Source of the DNA: Phycisphaerae bacterium
Lineage (GTDB): Bacteria > Planctomycetota > Phycisphaerae > UBA1845 > Fen-1342
Direction: 5' to 3'
Assembly (NCBI GenBank): GCA_963675745.2
Contig: CAXXWX010000015.1
Span: 421,285 to 485,284, forward strand
Length of the DNA: 64,000 nucleotides
Under the pieces are notes generated by a model that was given only the letters and a program-made list of their open reading frames with translations, was not told where the DNA came from and did not search any database. The position numbers were made by a program, and so were the translations under genes. Below are positions 52,193 to 60,270 of the stretch, in pieces (positions within the stretch are counted from its first letter, which is position 1; each line of letters starts with the position of its first letter).

Positions 52193-53194
52193 CTACCTGG
52201 CGCCGGCGGGTGAAACGTCACGCGTAAACAGCAGGAAGAAGAAGAACGCGGCGCCGAGTATGTTCGTGATGATGCCCACCGGCACCTCATAGGTGGCCAC
52301 GCCGCGGGCGATACCATCGCAGACGGCCAGGAATGCTCCGCCGACAAAAACCGAGCCCAGCACCAGCGGCAGTGCCCGCTCGCCGACCAGCGCCCGAACC
52401 ATGTGCGGCACCATCAGCCCGACAAAGCCGATCGGCCCACAATGCGCGACAATCACCGCCGTCAGCAAGCCGACCAGTATGAAAGAGCAGCGCATGACAA
52501 ACACGACGGCGACGCCACGCGACGCCGCCACGTGATCACCAAGCATCAACAGGTCCAGCGCGCGATGCGAATAGACGGCAAAGCCCAGCGTGGGCAGCAG
52601 CACTACCAGGATGCGCGCCCAGGCCCACGCGTCAAACAGCGCAAGCGACCCCATCATCCAGATGACAATCGCGTTGGTGACGGCCTGCTGCGCGAGGTAG
52701 GTGACCAGCAGAATGCCTGCGGCGCACAGGTACGCCACGCAGACACCCGCCAACAGCAGCCGGGTCATGTCGCGACCCGCGCGGGCGCGCGCCGCCAACA
52801 TCACGACCGTCATGGCGAGCACCGCACCACCCAATGCGAACAGGCCGGCCTTCGGCAGATTGCACCACAGGCCGCCCAGGCCCAGCAGAAAAGCGCACGC
52901 GGCCCCCAATGATGCACCGCTGGCAATCCCGAGCGTGTACGGCGTGGCAAGCGGGTTGCGAAAGAGCGCCTGGAAGATGACCCCGCCGACCGCCAAACCG
53001 GCCCCGGCGCAGCCGGCGAGGGCCGTCCGCGGCGCGCGATACAACCAGAATGGTGACGAAAAGCCGGCGTCGAACACATCACCCGGCGTGATCGTGGTCG
53101 GCCCGAGTAATGACGAAGCCGCGATGATGACGAGTGCGCCGGCGGCAAGACCGGCCAGCCGAATCACACCAGCATTAGCGCGCGGATCGCTCAC
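52193..53194 (-). CDS. FecCD/BtuC family ABC transporter permease
   Basis: RAPR, QALFRNPLATPYTLGIASGA, WMMGSL, GPIGFVGLMVPH, EVPVG. GTG start overlaps the upstream TGA. Confidence 0.9.
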   Translation of the reverse strand: MSDPRANAGVIRLAGLAAGALVIIAASSLLGPTTITPGDVFDAGFSSPFWLYRAPRTALAGCAGAGLAVGGVIFQALFRNPLATPYTLGIASGASLGAACAFLLGLGGLWCNLPKAGLFALGGAVLAMTVVMLAARARAGRDMTRLLLAGVCVAYLCAAGILLVTYLAQQAVTNAIVIWMMGSLALFDAWAWARILVVLLPTLGFAVYSHRALDLLMLGDHVAASRGVAVVFVMRCSFILVGLLTAVIVAHCGPIGFVGLMVPHMVRALVGERALPLVLGSVFVGGAFLAVCDGIARGVATYEVPVGIITNILGAAFFFFLLFTRDVSPAGAR

Positions 53195-53841
53195 GGCTCC
53201 ACGGGGACTGGCTCTTCCAGGGAGTAATCGTAGAAGAGTCGCGCCACCCACTGGCCGGCGTCTTTGCCAAGCTTGACGACCTCGGCATCGGTGGCCTCAT
53301 ATCCGCCAACCTCGCTGGCGTGGCGCGTGACCTCAATCTCGTGCCCGCCGCGACCCGGCGGCCAGAGGCGCGCCTCTCGAGCCGGCGCGTGCGTGTCGAT
53401 CACCCTGACGTGCAGTCTGACCAGTGGCTGCAACATCGGGAAATCAGGGCTCTCGCGGAGTTGAAACTGGACAATCTGAAGATGGATGACCTGCGCGGCC
53501 CCGAGCTTGCGCCCGATGCGCTGCAAGGGCCACTGAGCAAAATCCGGGTTGGCCTGCTGAAGATCGAGCTGTCGCGCGTAGGGAATCACCTGATCATTGA
53601 CCCCGTTCTGCTCGAACAGCTCGACTATCTGGCGGTGCAACGCGCGGCGTAGCAGCGGGTGGTCATCGCCGGAGGGCGCCCCGTCGATGACGATCGCCAG
53701 CGGGGCCTTCGAAAGCACGAACTGCGCCGGCTCGGTGCGCTCCGGGCTGAAGTAATACGCGAACGCGGTGAGCCAGTTGCAGCCGGCGCAAAGCGACAGC
53801 AGCAGGAACGGGGCCGCCAGCGTGAGCAAACCGCGACGCAT
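53191..53841 (-). CDS. Hypothetical lipoprotein
   Basis: MRRGLLTLAAPFLLLSLCAGC lipobox. Paralog of the upstream gene. Confidence 0.7.
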   Translation of the reverse strand: MRRGLLTLAAPFLLLSLCAGCNWLTAFAYYFSPERTEPAQFVLSKAPLAIVIDGAPSGDDHPLLRRALHRQIVELFEQNGVNDQVIPYARQLDLQQANPDFAQWPLQRIGRKLGAAQVIHLQIVQFQLRESPDFPMLQPLVRLHVRVIDTHAPAREARLWPPGRGGHEIEVTRHASEVGGYEATDAEVVKLGKDAGQWVARLFYDYSLEEPVPVEP

Positions 53842-53842
53842 G

Positions 53843-54496
53843 CTATCTCTTAACCTTGACCCGGTGATCGTGGAAGCGTCCGACGAGTTCGCCGGCAAAC
53901 TTGGCCATGACGTCGCGTCGCACCTGTTGATCGTCTGTCCCCCAGGCGCCGGGACCATCTTCAGGGTAAACCGCCGCGATTGACGTCTCGTACACCGGGC
54001 CGGCCTCTTCGCCGTAGGACGGATCATAGACGCGTACGTTGGCATCTATGCGGCCGCGCAGCATGTGTGGACTGTCCGGCTCGCGCGTGCCGTAGCGCGA
54101 CAGCTCGATGAAGATAACGCGGTCCGCGTTGAAGCGCTCGCCATGAATCGCGGGGTGGGCCTGGTCCCAGCGTGGTTCGCGGCGCTGCATCTCGGCGACG
54201 GTCTTCGGGGGCACGCAGCGGGCGCCCTTCACGTTCGATTCGAGCGCGTGCAGAACATAATCGCCCAACTCGTATTGAACGTAGGGATAGTCAAATAACG
54301 TGTCCTGCTCAGCCCAGATCAGCATGAGCACGCGCTTGCCATCCAGGAAGGGGTACTCGGCCTTAACCAGCTCGGTTGGCTCATCGCCCCAGAGCAGCCA
54401 GGGGGCGGCCAGGGCCTGACAGCCGACAACGGCCCCGAGCGCCAAACTCAAGGCGGCGATCGCGGCCCACGCGGTGTATCGTCGTTCTTGCATCAT
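53843..54496 (-). CDS. Hypothetical lipoprotein
   Basis: LALGAVVGC lipobox. Aligns by eye with the downstream gene (G..F/L.A..VI.I.L....RE.....ML....VRV.D, F.D). Confidence 0.7.
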   Translation of the reverse strand: MMQERRYTAWAAIAALSLALGAVVGCQALAAPWLLWGDEPTELVKAEYPFLDGKRVLMLIWAEQDTLFDYPYVQYELGDYVLHALESNVKGARCVPPKTVAEMQRREPRWDQAHPAIHGERFNADRVIFIELSRYGTREPDSPHMLRGRIDANVRVYDPSYGEEAGPVYETSIAAVYPEDGPGAWGTDDQQVRRDVMAKFAGELVGRFHDHRVKVKR

Positions 54497-54686
54497 CGCT
54501 CTGCATATTCCCAAGGGCAGGTCGATGCGCACGATACCAGCCGGCCGCCGGTTTGGGTAGAACCTGCCCCGAAACTGTGGCACGGGTTTGTGACTTGTGG
54601 AACTCACGCGCCTTATCCCGCTACAATGACGCGCGCCGTGCGCCGGCCTGCGGAGCGGCGGCTGTGACCGGTATTTCGGGGACGTG

Positions 54687-55451
54687 ATGAGCGACGCGGC
54701 ACCCAGCGCGGAGGCGCACTTCAAGATCGTCTGCCCCAATTGCCAGCGGACGATCCTGGCCCGCGGCGGGTGGATTGCGCGCGACGTCGAGTGCCCGCAC
54801 TGCCATAGCGCCATGCGCGTACCGGAGCCGGGCGCGGATCAAAAGCCGGTCCGCGCGTCCGCACCGTCGCTTTCGGCCAAACACTACTTCAATTTCGCCT
54901 GCGGGCGTTGCGATTCGCTGCTGGAATCACATTCCGGGATATCGGGCCGGCAGGGAAGCTGTCCAACGTGTGGGGCCACCTTTGTCGTCCCCTTCATTGA
55001 CCCGCGGACGAAAATGCCCGATGCCCCCACGATGCTGACCGGCGACGGCGAGAACCCGACGCCGATGCACGCCTACGCCACCAGCGGCGTTCAGGCACCG
55101 CGCATCGTGGAGGCCGCGGACGGAACCAGCGCAATCGAATGCCCACGTTGCCAGACCTACAACGAAGTGGACGCCGAACACTGCGCAGCCTGTGGCGTAC
55201 CGTTCACACTCGAGGGCGCGACGACCGGGTCGGCGGGCGTGCAGCACGGGCTGGGCACCGCCGCACTGGTGGTCGGAATCTTCGCGATACCGATGTTCTT
55301 TGCGATTCTGCCGGGCCTGGCGGCGGTCGTGCTCGGGCTGCTGGGCTTGCGTGGCGGGTACGGGAGGCGAAAGTCAGTCGCCGCCATTGTGGGGACTATT
55401 TTGGGCGTGATCTCGCTGGGCGGCGCCGCGGCGCTCTATGCGCTCGGTTGA
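54687..55451 (+). CDS. Triple Zn-ribbon protein with C-terminal DUF4190-like TM hairpin
   Basis: CPNC/CPHC, CGRC/CPTCG, CPRC/CAACG, then ALVVGI..LGLLGL..AIVGTILG. Confidence 0.75.
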   Translation: MSDAAPSAEAHFKIVCPNCQRTILARGGWIARDVECPHCHSAMRVPEPGADQKPVRASAPSLSAKHYFNFACGRCDSLLESHSGISGRQGSCPTCGATFVVPFIDPRTKMPDAPTMLTGDGENPTPMHAYATSGVQAPRIVEAADGTSAIECPRCQTYNEVDAEHCAACGVPFTLEGATTGSAGVQHGLGTAALVVGIFAIPMFFAILPGLAAVVLGLLGLRGGYGRRKSVAAIVGTILGVISLGGAAALYALG

Positions 55452-55561
55452 GCGCCCGTCACTTCCGCTCATAATAAGCCTCTACAATCACAGGTCGCCA
55501 CAAGCTGCCGGTGTCCGTGGCGACTCTGCACGCGGCATTGCCGGCGGGAAGCGAGGATACC

Positions 55562-55876
55562 ATGGCCGAACGAACCGTGAAGTGCGCGAGATTGAAGAAG
55601 GAGCTACCGGGCATCGATCCCGACACGCCCGAAGGGGAGCAGGCGCTGAAGATGGCCCTGCTGTGCGGCGGCCCCGAATTGCAGCGCAAACTGCGCGACG
55701 GAGTCTCGCAGGAGGCGTGAAATCAGTGGAAAGACCACATGCTGATGGTGATCAACGAGTTCCAGGTTGATCCAACATCGGATGAATCAAACGCCCTGCT
55801 CGGACGCGCGATGAATGACTTCTTCTTCGGCAAGACCACCAGCGTCCCCGGCTACGTTCCGCCCGACAAGCAGTGA
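55562..55876 (+). pseudogene. yggX: YggX-like Fe-S/oxidative damage protection protein with in-frame TGA at 55718-55720
   Basis: MAERTVKC..VSQEA*NQWKDHMLMVINE..FFFG..PGYVPP matches the YggX pattern S.EAW..W....MLINE..F.F....GY.P. Confidence 0.8.
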
Positions 55877-55882
55877 ACCGGT

Positions 55883-56080
55883 GAGCGGCAAGCGGCAAGC
55901 GGTGAGCTGTGAGCTGTGAGCTGAGAGCGGTAGGCTGTAAGCGGCGAGCGGCAAGCGGCGAGCGGTGGGCCGTGGGCAGCGAGCGGTGGGCGATGGGCTG
56001 TCAGATTTCAGATTCTAGATTCCAGATTTCAAATCTCAGATTTCAAATCTCAGATTCCAGATCTCAGATGGCAGATTCCA
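55883..56080. repeat. Long heptamer tract: (GCGGNRA)n then (CAGATTY)n
   Basis: About 16 degenerate gcggcaa/gctgtga/gcggtgg units followed by about 11 cagattt/caaatct/cagattc units. Confidence 0.9.
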
Positions 56081-56093
56081 GCGTGGGCGTATC

Positions 56094-56219
56094 TTAGGCC
56101 GGTGTGGCCCTTGGTGGATGGTGGCGCTGGTCGCAACGGTCGGAGGTGGCGAAAGAACCACCGCCCATCATGACGAATGTCGATATGGCGGTCGCCGCGC
56201 GCTTCACGAGTCCACGCAT
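56094..56219 (-). CDS. Putative 41-aa small protein
   Basis: gagg SD then MRGLVKRAATAISTFVMMGGGSFATSDRCDQRHHPPRATPA*. Confidence 0.3.
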   Translation of the reverse strand: MRGLVKRAATAISTFVMMGGGSFATSDRCDQRHHPPRATPA

Positions 56220-56384
56220 AGAGACGCCTCAAGAGTCCGCGCCTGGAGAAGCTTCAGGAATCTGCGCACGCAGAGCACGCGTCAGCCGCCAGACAGTCGG
56301 TCCGGCTATTGCTGAGCGCGTCGTATATGAGCCCCCCCCGCTGCGCCACCTGACTGGACAATCTAGCCCAGGCGACAGACGAGA

Positions 56385-56486
56385 CTACTGCGTCTCGCCC
56401 AGGAGCGCTCCGAGAATGCCCGAGAGTGCCTGCCCGAGAATCGTCTGGAACAGCCACAAGATCAGTGACATCAGGATCTGCGACAT
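56385..56486 (-). CDS. Putative 33-aa hydrophobic small protein
   Basis: aaggag SD 7 nt before ATG. MSQILMSLILWLFQTILGQALSGILGALLGETQ*. Confidence 0.5.
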   Translation of the reverse strand: MSQILMSLILWLFQTILGQALSGILGALLGETQ

Positions 56487-56641
56487 GCCGTAACTCCTTG
56501 TGCCGCGTAAGCGCGTGCAACCGTTTCCCGTGACGACAGTGTCGCACCTGCACCGCGATTGTCAAGCCCGGGCGATAGTGCCGCCAACTCCAATCCGAGA
56601 TGGCACCTCACGCTACCCACGGCGGTGGCTGGCCGCACGCC

Positions 56642-58489
56642 TCACCCGGCGACCGAAACCTGAAACGCGGCAAAGTCCTCGATATCCACGGCCCCGTCGG
56701 CGTCAAAGTCGAATGCCTCACATCCGCCCGCTGTCGCGCCGCCGGGACCGGTCTCACATGCGAGCCATGCCAGGAAATCGCCCAGGTTGACGCTCCCGTT
56801 GCAATCGAAATCACCGATTCCGGACTCGTACGCCCCGCGGTCGACTCGGCCGCACAGCACGCGCGCGTGTCCATCAAGGTCGGTCAGCGCGGGCGGCGGG
56901 ATGTTGTTCGGATCGCCGCCATTGATAGCCAGGGAGCCCTGCGAGAGCCGCAGGTCGTCATCGTCGGTGCCGACGAGATTGTCGTTACCATCGGCGTCGG
57001 CAAACAGCGGGTTGTCACCGTCGTTGGCCGTCCCTCCGAGCACACCCGTCCAGTTTTGCACGCTGCTGTGGTCAACGGAAACCGCGCCCCAACTGAACGC
57101 CCGCAGTTGAGCCGGCTCCTGCGTCCCGCCACTGTCCACGTTGCCCCAAAAGACGCTGTTGGAGACGGAGATATCGTGCAACGCCGTAAAGACGTGTACG
57201 CCCCCGCCCTCTCCGCCGGCGGTGTTGCCGCCGAAGCTGCAATTTGCCATCGTCGTTACGCCCCCGGAGCCCAGACAGCGCACAGCGCCCCCATCGGCGA
57301 CGGTTTGGTTGCCGCTGAACAGGCAACCGGTCAGCGCGGCGGTGCCGTAGGTATCGAGAGCGCCGGCTCCGTAGTTGGTAGCCTCATTGCCAAGAAACCG
57401 GCAATTCGTGGCCGTAACGGCGCAGTCGGTGCTGCTCAACACGGCCCCCGCACTGCCGGCCGAGTTTCCGACGAAGGTGCATCCGACCATGGTGAGCGTG
57501 CCGGCCGATGTGTTGTTGATCGCGCCGGCGCTCGAGGCCGAGCAGTTTCGGAAAGTGCAATCGTGCAGTGTCGTGTGGCTTTGCCCGGTGTTGTATAGCC
57601 CCCCACCGATGGCGTCGGCCGTATTATCCACGAACGTGCAGTCGGTCAGGGTCGGATTGCCGGCTTCGGCTACATACATCCCCCCGCCATACGCCACCGG
57701 CCCCTGAAGCACCGAGTTCGCGTTGAACGTACATTGAGAAAGCGTCGGGTCGGCGTGTTCGCTGTACATACCGCCGCCGAGTGATTCGGCCTCGTTGCCG
57801 GCGATGGTACACCTGATCAACGTCGGGTCGGTCCAGGGGTTATAGACGCCGCCACCGTTGCCGGTGGTCCGGTTTGCCACAATCCTGCAATTGCTCAGGG
57901 TCACGTGCGTGGTGCCGCTCAGCATGGTCACGCCGCCGCCGTTGCGCTGGCTTGTCGCGGCGCCGTTAGCATTCCCGCCGGTGATAGTAAAGCCGTCCAG
58001 CAATCGATTCGGCCCGGAGCTACCGGAGACGCTTACGACGTGGTAGCTGTTCTCGGCGTTGTTGGCGAAATTCGGCCCGTCGTCGCCGTTGAGATCCCCG
58101 GTCAGGATTGTCTCGTACAGTTCGACGTCGCGCCGGTCGGGGTCGGGGGCTCCGATACCGGCATAACCTCCCTTGATCTGAACATCCTTGACCGAATGGA
58201 ACACCGCAGCGCGGTTACCTGTGCCGAGCGGATTGAGCTCGTCTCGATCGGGCCGGTAGGTCCCCTGCGCGACCCGGATTTCCGTGATGCCGTGCCCTGG
58301 CTGGAAGGTCACGTTGGTGGCGTCCTGGATAAAACGGAAAGCCGAGGCCCATGAAAGACCGTCGCCGCCAGGCACGGCGTCGTCATCCACGTGGAGGATG
58401 GACTGGCCGACACACGGGACAGCAACGCAAAGCATGGCGGCAAAGAGGGTTAGCCCGCGCAATCTTGCTGCGGATCGACATGACATGAC
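56642..58489 (-). CDS. Secreted right-handed beta-helix protein (Pmp-like GGx/FxxN repeats) with C-terminal dockerin-like domain
   Basis: SD aggaggtg, signal peptide, DGLSWASAF, LDGFTITGGNA, repeated FxxN..GGG, D.GAYE, then GDFDCNGSVNLGDF..DFDADGAVDIEDFAAFQ. Confidence 0.82.
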   Translation of the reverse strand, partial: VMSCRSAARLRGLTLFAAMLCVAVPCVGQSILHVDDDAVPGGDGLSWASAFRFIQDATNVTFQPGHGITEIRVAQGTYRPDRDELNPLGTGNRAAVFHSVKDVQIKGGYAGIGAPDPDRRDVELYETILTGDLNGDDGPNFANNAENSYHVVSVSGSSGPNRLLDGFTITGGNANGAATSQRNGGGVTMLSGTTHVTLSNCRIVANRTTGNGGGVYNPWTDPTLIRCTIAGNEAESLGGGMYSEHADPTLSQCTFNANSVLQGPVAYGGGMYVAEAGNPTLTDCTFVDNTADAIGGGLYNTGQSHTTLHDCTFRNCSASSAGAINNTSAGTLTMVGCTFVGNSAGSAGAVLSSTDCAVTATNCRFLGNEATNYGAGALDTYGTAALTGCLFSGNQTVADGGAVRCLGSGGVTTMANCSFGGNTAGGEGGGVHVFTALHDISVSNSVFWGNVDSGGTQEPAQLRAFSWGAVSVDHSSVQNWTGVLGGTANDGDNPLFADADGNDNLVGTDDDDLRLSQGSLAINGGDPNNIPPPALTDLDGHARVLCGRVDRGAYESGIGDFDCNGSVNLGDFLAWLACETGPGGATAGGCEAFDFDADGAVDIEDFAAFQVSVAG

Positions 58490-58732
58490 CGACACCTCCT
58501 GTTCACCCGGCGGCCGGCGTGTCGCCTTGCGTGGAATGCATCACAACGGCTCGCACGCCCGCGCCAAGCAGGTAAACAGCGACACCCGCGCCGCCGACAG
58601 AATCTCGACTACCCCCGCGAAAACGACCCGGAAGGATTCTAGAGCCCCGGCATCGCTTTTCCAGCGACACCGTGGCCGGGGAGGTATGCGGAGCGTCGCC
58701 TCGGCGCCTTGTCCCTTGCGGAATCGAGCATT

Positions 58733-58878
58733 TAGAGCGGTTTCAGTAATGACGCGGTGGTTTACACTGTCGGGGTGGGTCGGGCGTCTCGCCCGACTTC
58801 GACGAGAGCAGTACATAGGCGGGCGGGACGCCCACCCCACCCGCGTATGGGCAACGGACTGTTGTTGGAACCGCGCTA
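58733..58878. mobile_element. Possible ~146-bp MITE with TA-flanked imperfect TIRs enclosing a REP pair
   Basis: Left end TAGAGCGGTTTCAGTAA versus right end (reverse complement) TAGCGCGGTTCCAACAA. Internal gtgggtcgggcgtctcgcccgac ... ggcgggcgggacgcccaccccac. Confidence 0.5.
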
Positions 58879-58977
58879 GACCAGCGGTGGGCTAGCGGTG
58901 GGCCAAAGGCTGGGAATCAGGGGCGCGGTGTGGGCAGACTAAGCGCAAGCCAACGTGCCGGACTGAGGCGCGCTGTG

Positions 58978-59610
58978 TCAATAGCGCCGCAGGACGCCGG
59001 TTACTACTCCTTGGATTGTGACGTCCTTTACGAGGAGTGGTTCGTAGGCGGGATTCGCGGGTTGCAAGCGGATTCCCTTTTTCTCGCGGTAAAGGCGCTT
59101 CAACGTTGCGTCGCCGTCCTCGAGCAAGGCGACGACGGTCTCGCCGTCGCGGGCGGTGTTGCGTTTTTCGACGATTACGTAGTCCCCGTCGCAGATATTG
59201 TCCTCGATCATGCTGTCGCCACGCACTTTGAGCACAAAGCTGCCGTGCGGCGAGACGAACATGTCTTCGAGATCGAGGACTTCGCGGTTTTCGATGGCCT
59301 CAATGGGCAGGCCGGCGGCAATCTGGCCAACCAGAGGCAAGCAGGTCGAACGCTCGTCGGGAAACTCGATGCTCGCGCTAAGTCGCAAAGAGCGTGCCTT
59401 GTGTCGCGAGCGCTTGACGTAGCCCTTTTTCTGAAGGGCGTCGATGTGTTCGAACACGGTGACCTTGCTGACGCCGAACTCGTCCGCCAACTCCTGCATG
59501 GTGGGGGCGTAACCCCTGGCGTGGGCGAAGTCCCGGATGAACGTCAGGATTCGGAGCTGCTTGGGTGTCAGGGGTGCACGGCGACGCGTGCTCCGTCGGC
59601 GAGTCGGCAT
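58978..59610 (-). CDS. lexA: SOS repressor LexA
   Basis: LTPKQ..IL.FI, GYAPT..EL wHTH, IAAGLP cleavage site, VRGDSM (Ser), ATLKR (Lys), LQPAN. SD gaggag. Confidence 0.95.
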   Translation of the reverse strand: MPTRRRSTRRRAPLTPKQLRILTFIRDFAHARGYAPTMQELADEFGVSKVTVFEHIDALQKKGYVKRSRHKARSLRLSASIEFPDERSTCLPLVGQIAAGLPIEAIENREVLDLEDMFVSPHGSFVLKVRGDSMIEDNICDGDYVIVEKRNTARDGETVVALLEDGDATLKRLYREKKGIRLQPANPAYEPLLVKDVTIQGVVTGVLRRY

Positions 59611-59908
59611 CGGACCACTCCTCGGTCAGGAAGGCACTCAGCGAGCCGATCACGACCGGCGGCAGCGTGCGTCGCGATGCCGACCACAAATCACGCGGCG
59701 GGGCGACGGATGCGCCGACGGTATCCGCCGGCTCGGCGATCGCCACCTCGGCGAGTCGCTCGCGCAGCCGGCGAAAATCGGCTTCCGTGATGGGTGCGCG
59801 CTCCAGTTTCAGCGATCCGGGCCGCGTCTCGCGAACCTCCTCGCGGAAGTCACCACCCGGACCCAGCATACAGATGAGCCGACCTGTGAGTTCCTGCTGC
59901 TTCGACAC
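59378..59908 (-). CDS. Hypothetical protein upstream of lexA (3' end uncertain, overlaps lexA)
   Basis: aaggag SD before GTG 59908, lying between the promoter and lexA. Confidence 0.45.
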   Translation of the reverse strand: MSKQQELTGRLICMLGPGGDFREEVRETRPGSLKLERAPITEADFRRLRERLAEVAIAEPADTVGASVAPPRDLWSASRRTLPPVVIGSLSAFLTEEWSDADSPTEHASPCTPDTQAAPNPDVHPGLRPRQGLRPHHAGVGGRVRRQQGHRVRTHRRPSEKGLRQALATQGTLFAT

Positions 59909-59971
59909 GGCGCACTCCTTTGCGCTCAAAGCCCGTTCGGCGAGCTGCGCGATCGCTGAAAAGCTACCCGA

Positions 59972-60000
59972 AGAGTAACCTAACATTTACCGATTGTCAA
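59972..60000 (-). promoter_or_regulatory. Sigma70-type promoter of the lexA transcript
   Basis: Minus strand TTGACA-17 nt-TACTCT. Confidence 0.7.
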
Positions 60001-60270
60001 GTGCTCCTCACGCCATCATGCCGCGTGTCAGTTGCTCAGTATTGTACCCCGTCAATCGCCGGACACAACATTTAGACGTTAATTCTGCGAATAGCACAGG
60101 AGAGTGTGGCGGCGGGCCATGATCTGAAGTTCGCAAAATATTAGGGAATTGTGGGCGATCCACCCCCCCTGAGGCGCGCATCGAGCACCGCCCCCCTGCT
60201 CCCCAGCCCCCCTGGCGACAGACCCCCAGCAACCGGCCGGCGCGCGGGCGCCGGCCGTCACATTTGCCCA

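Noticed and set aside
55718..55760. Selenocysteine or UGA-to-Trp recoding
   Set aside because: The site is a conserved Trp, not Cys. The hairpin is weak. TGA terminates many genes here and tRNA-Trp is standard.
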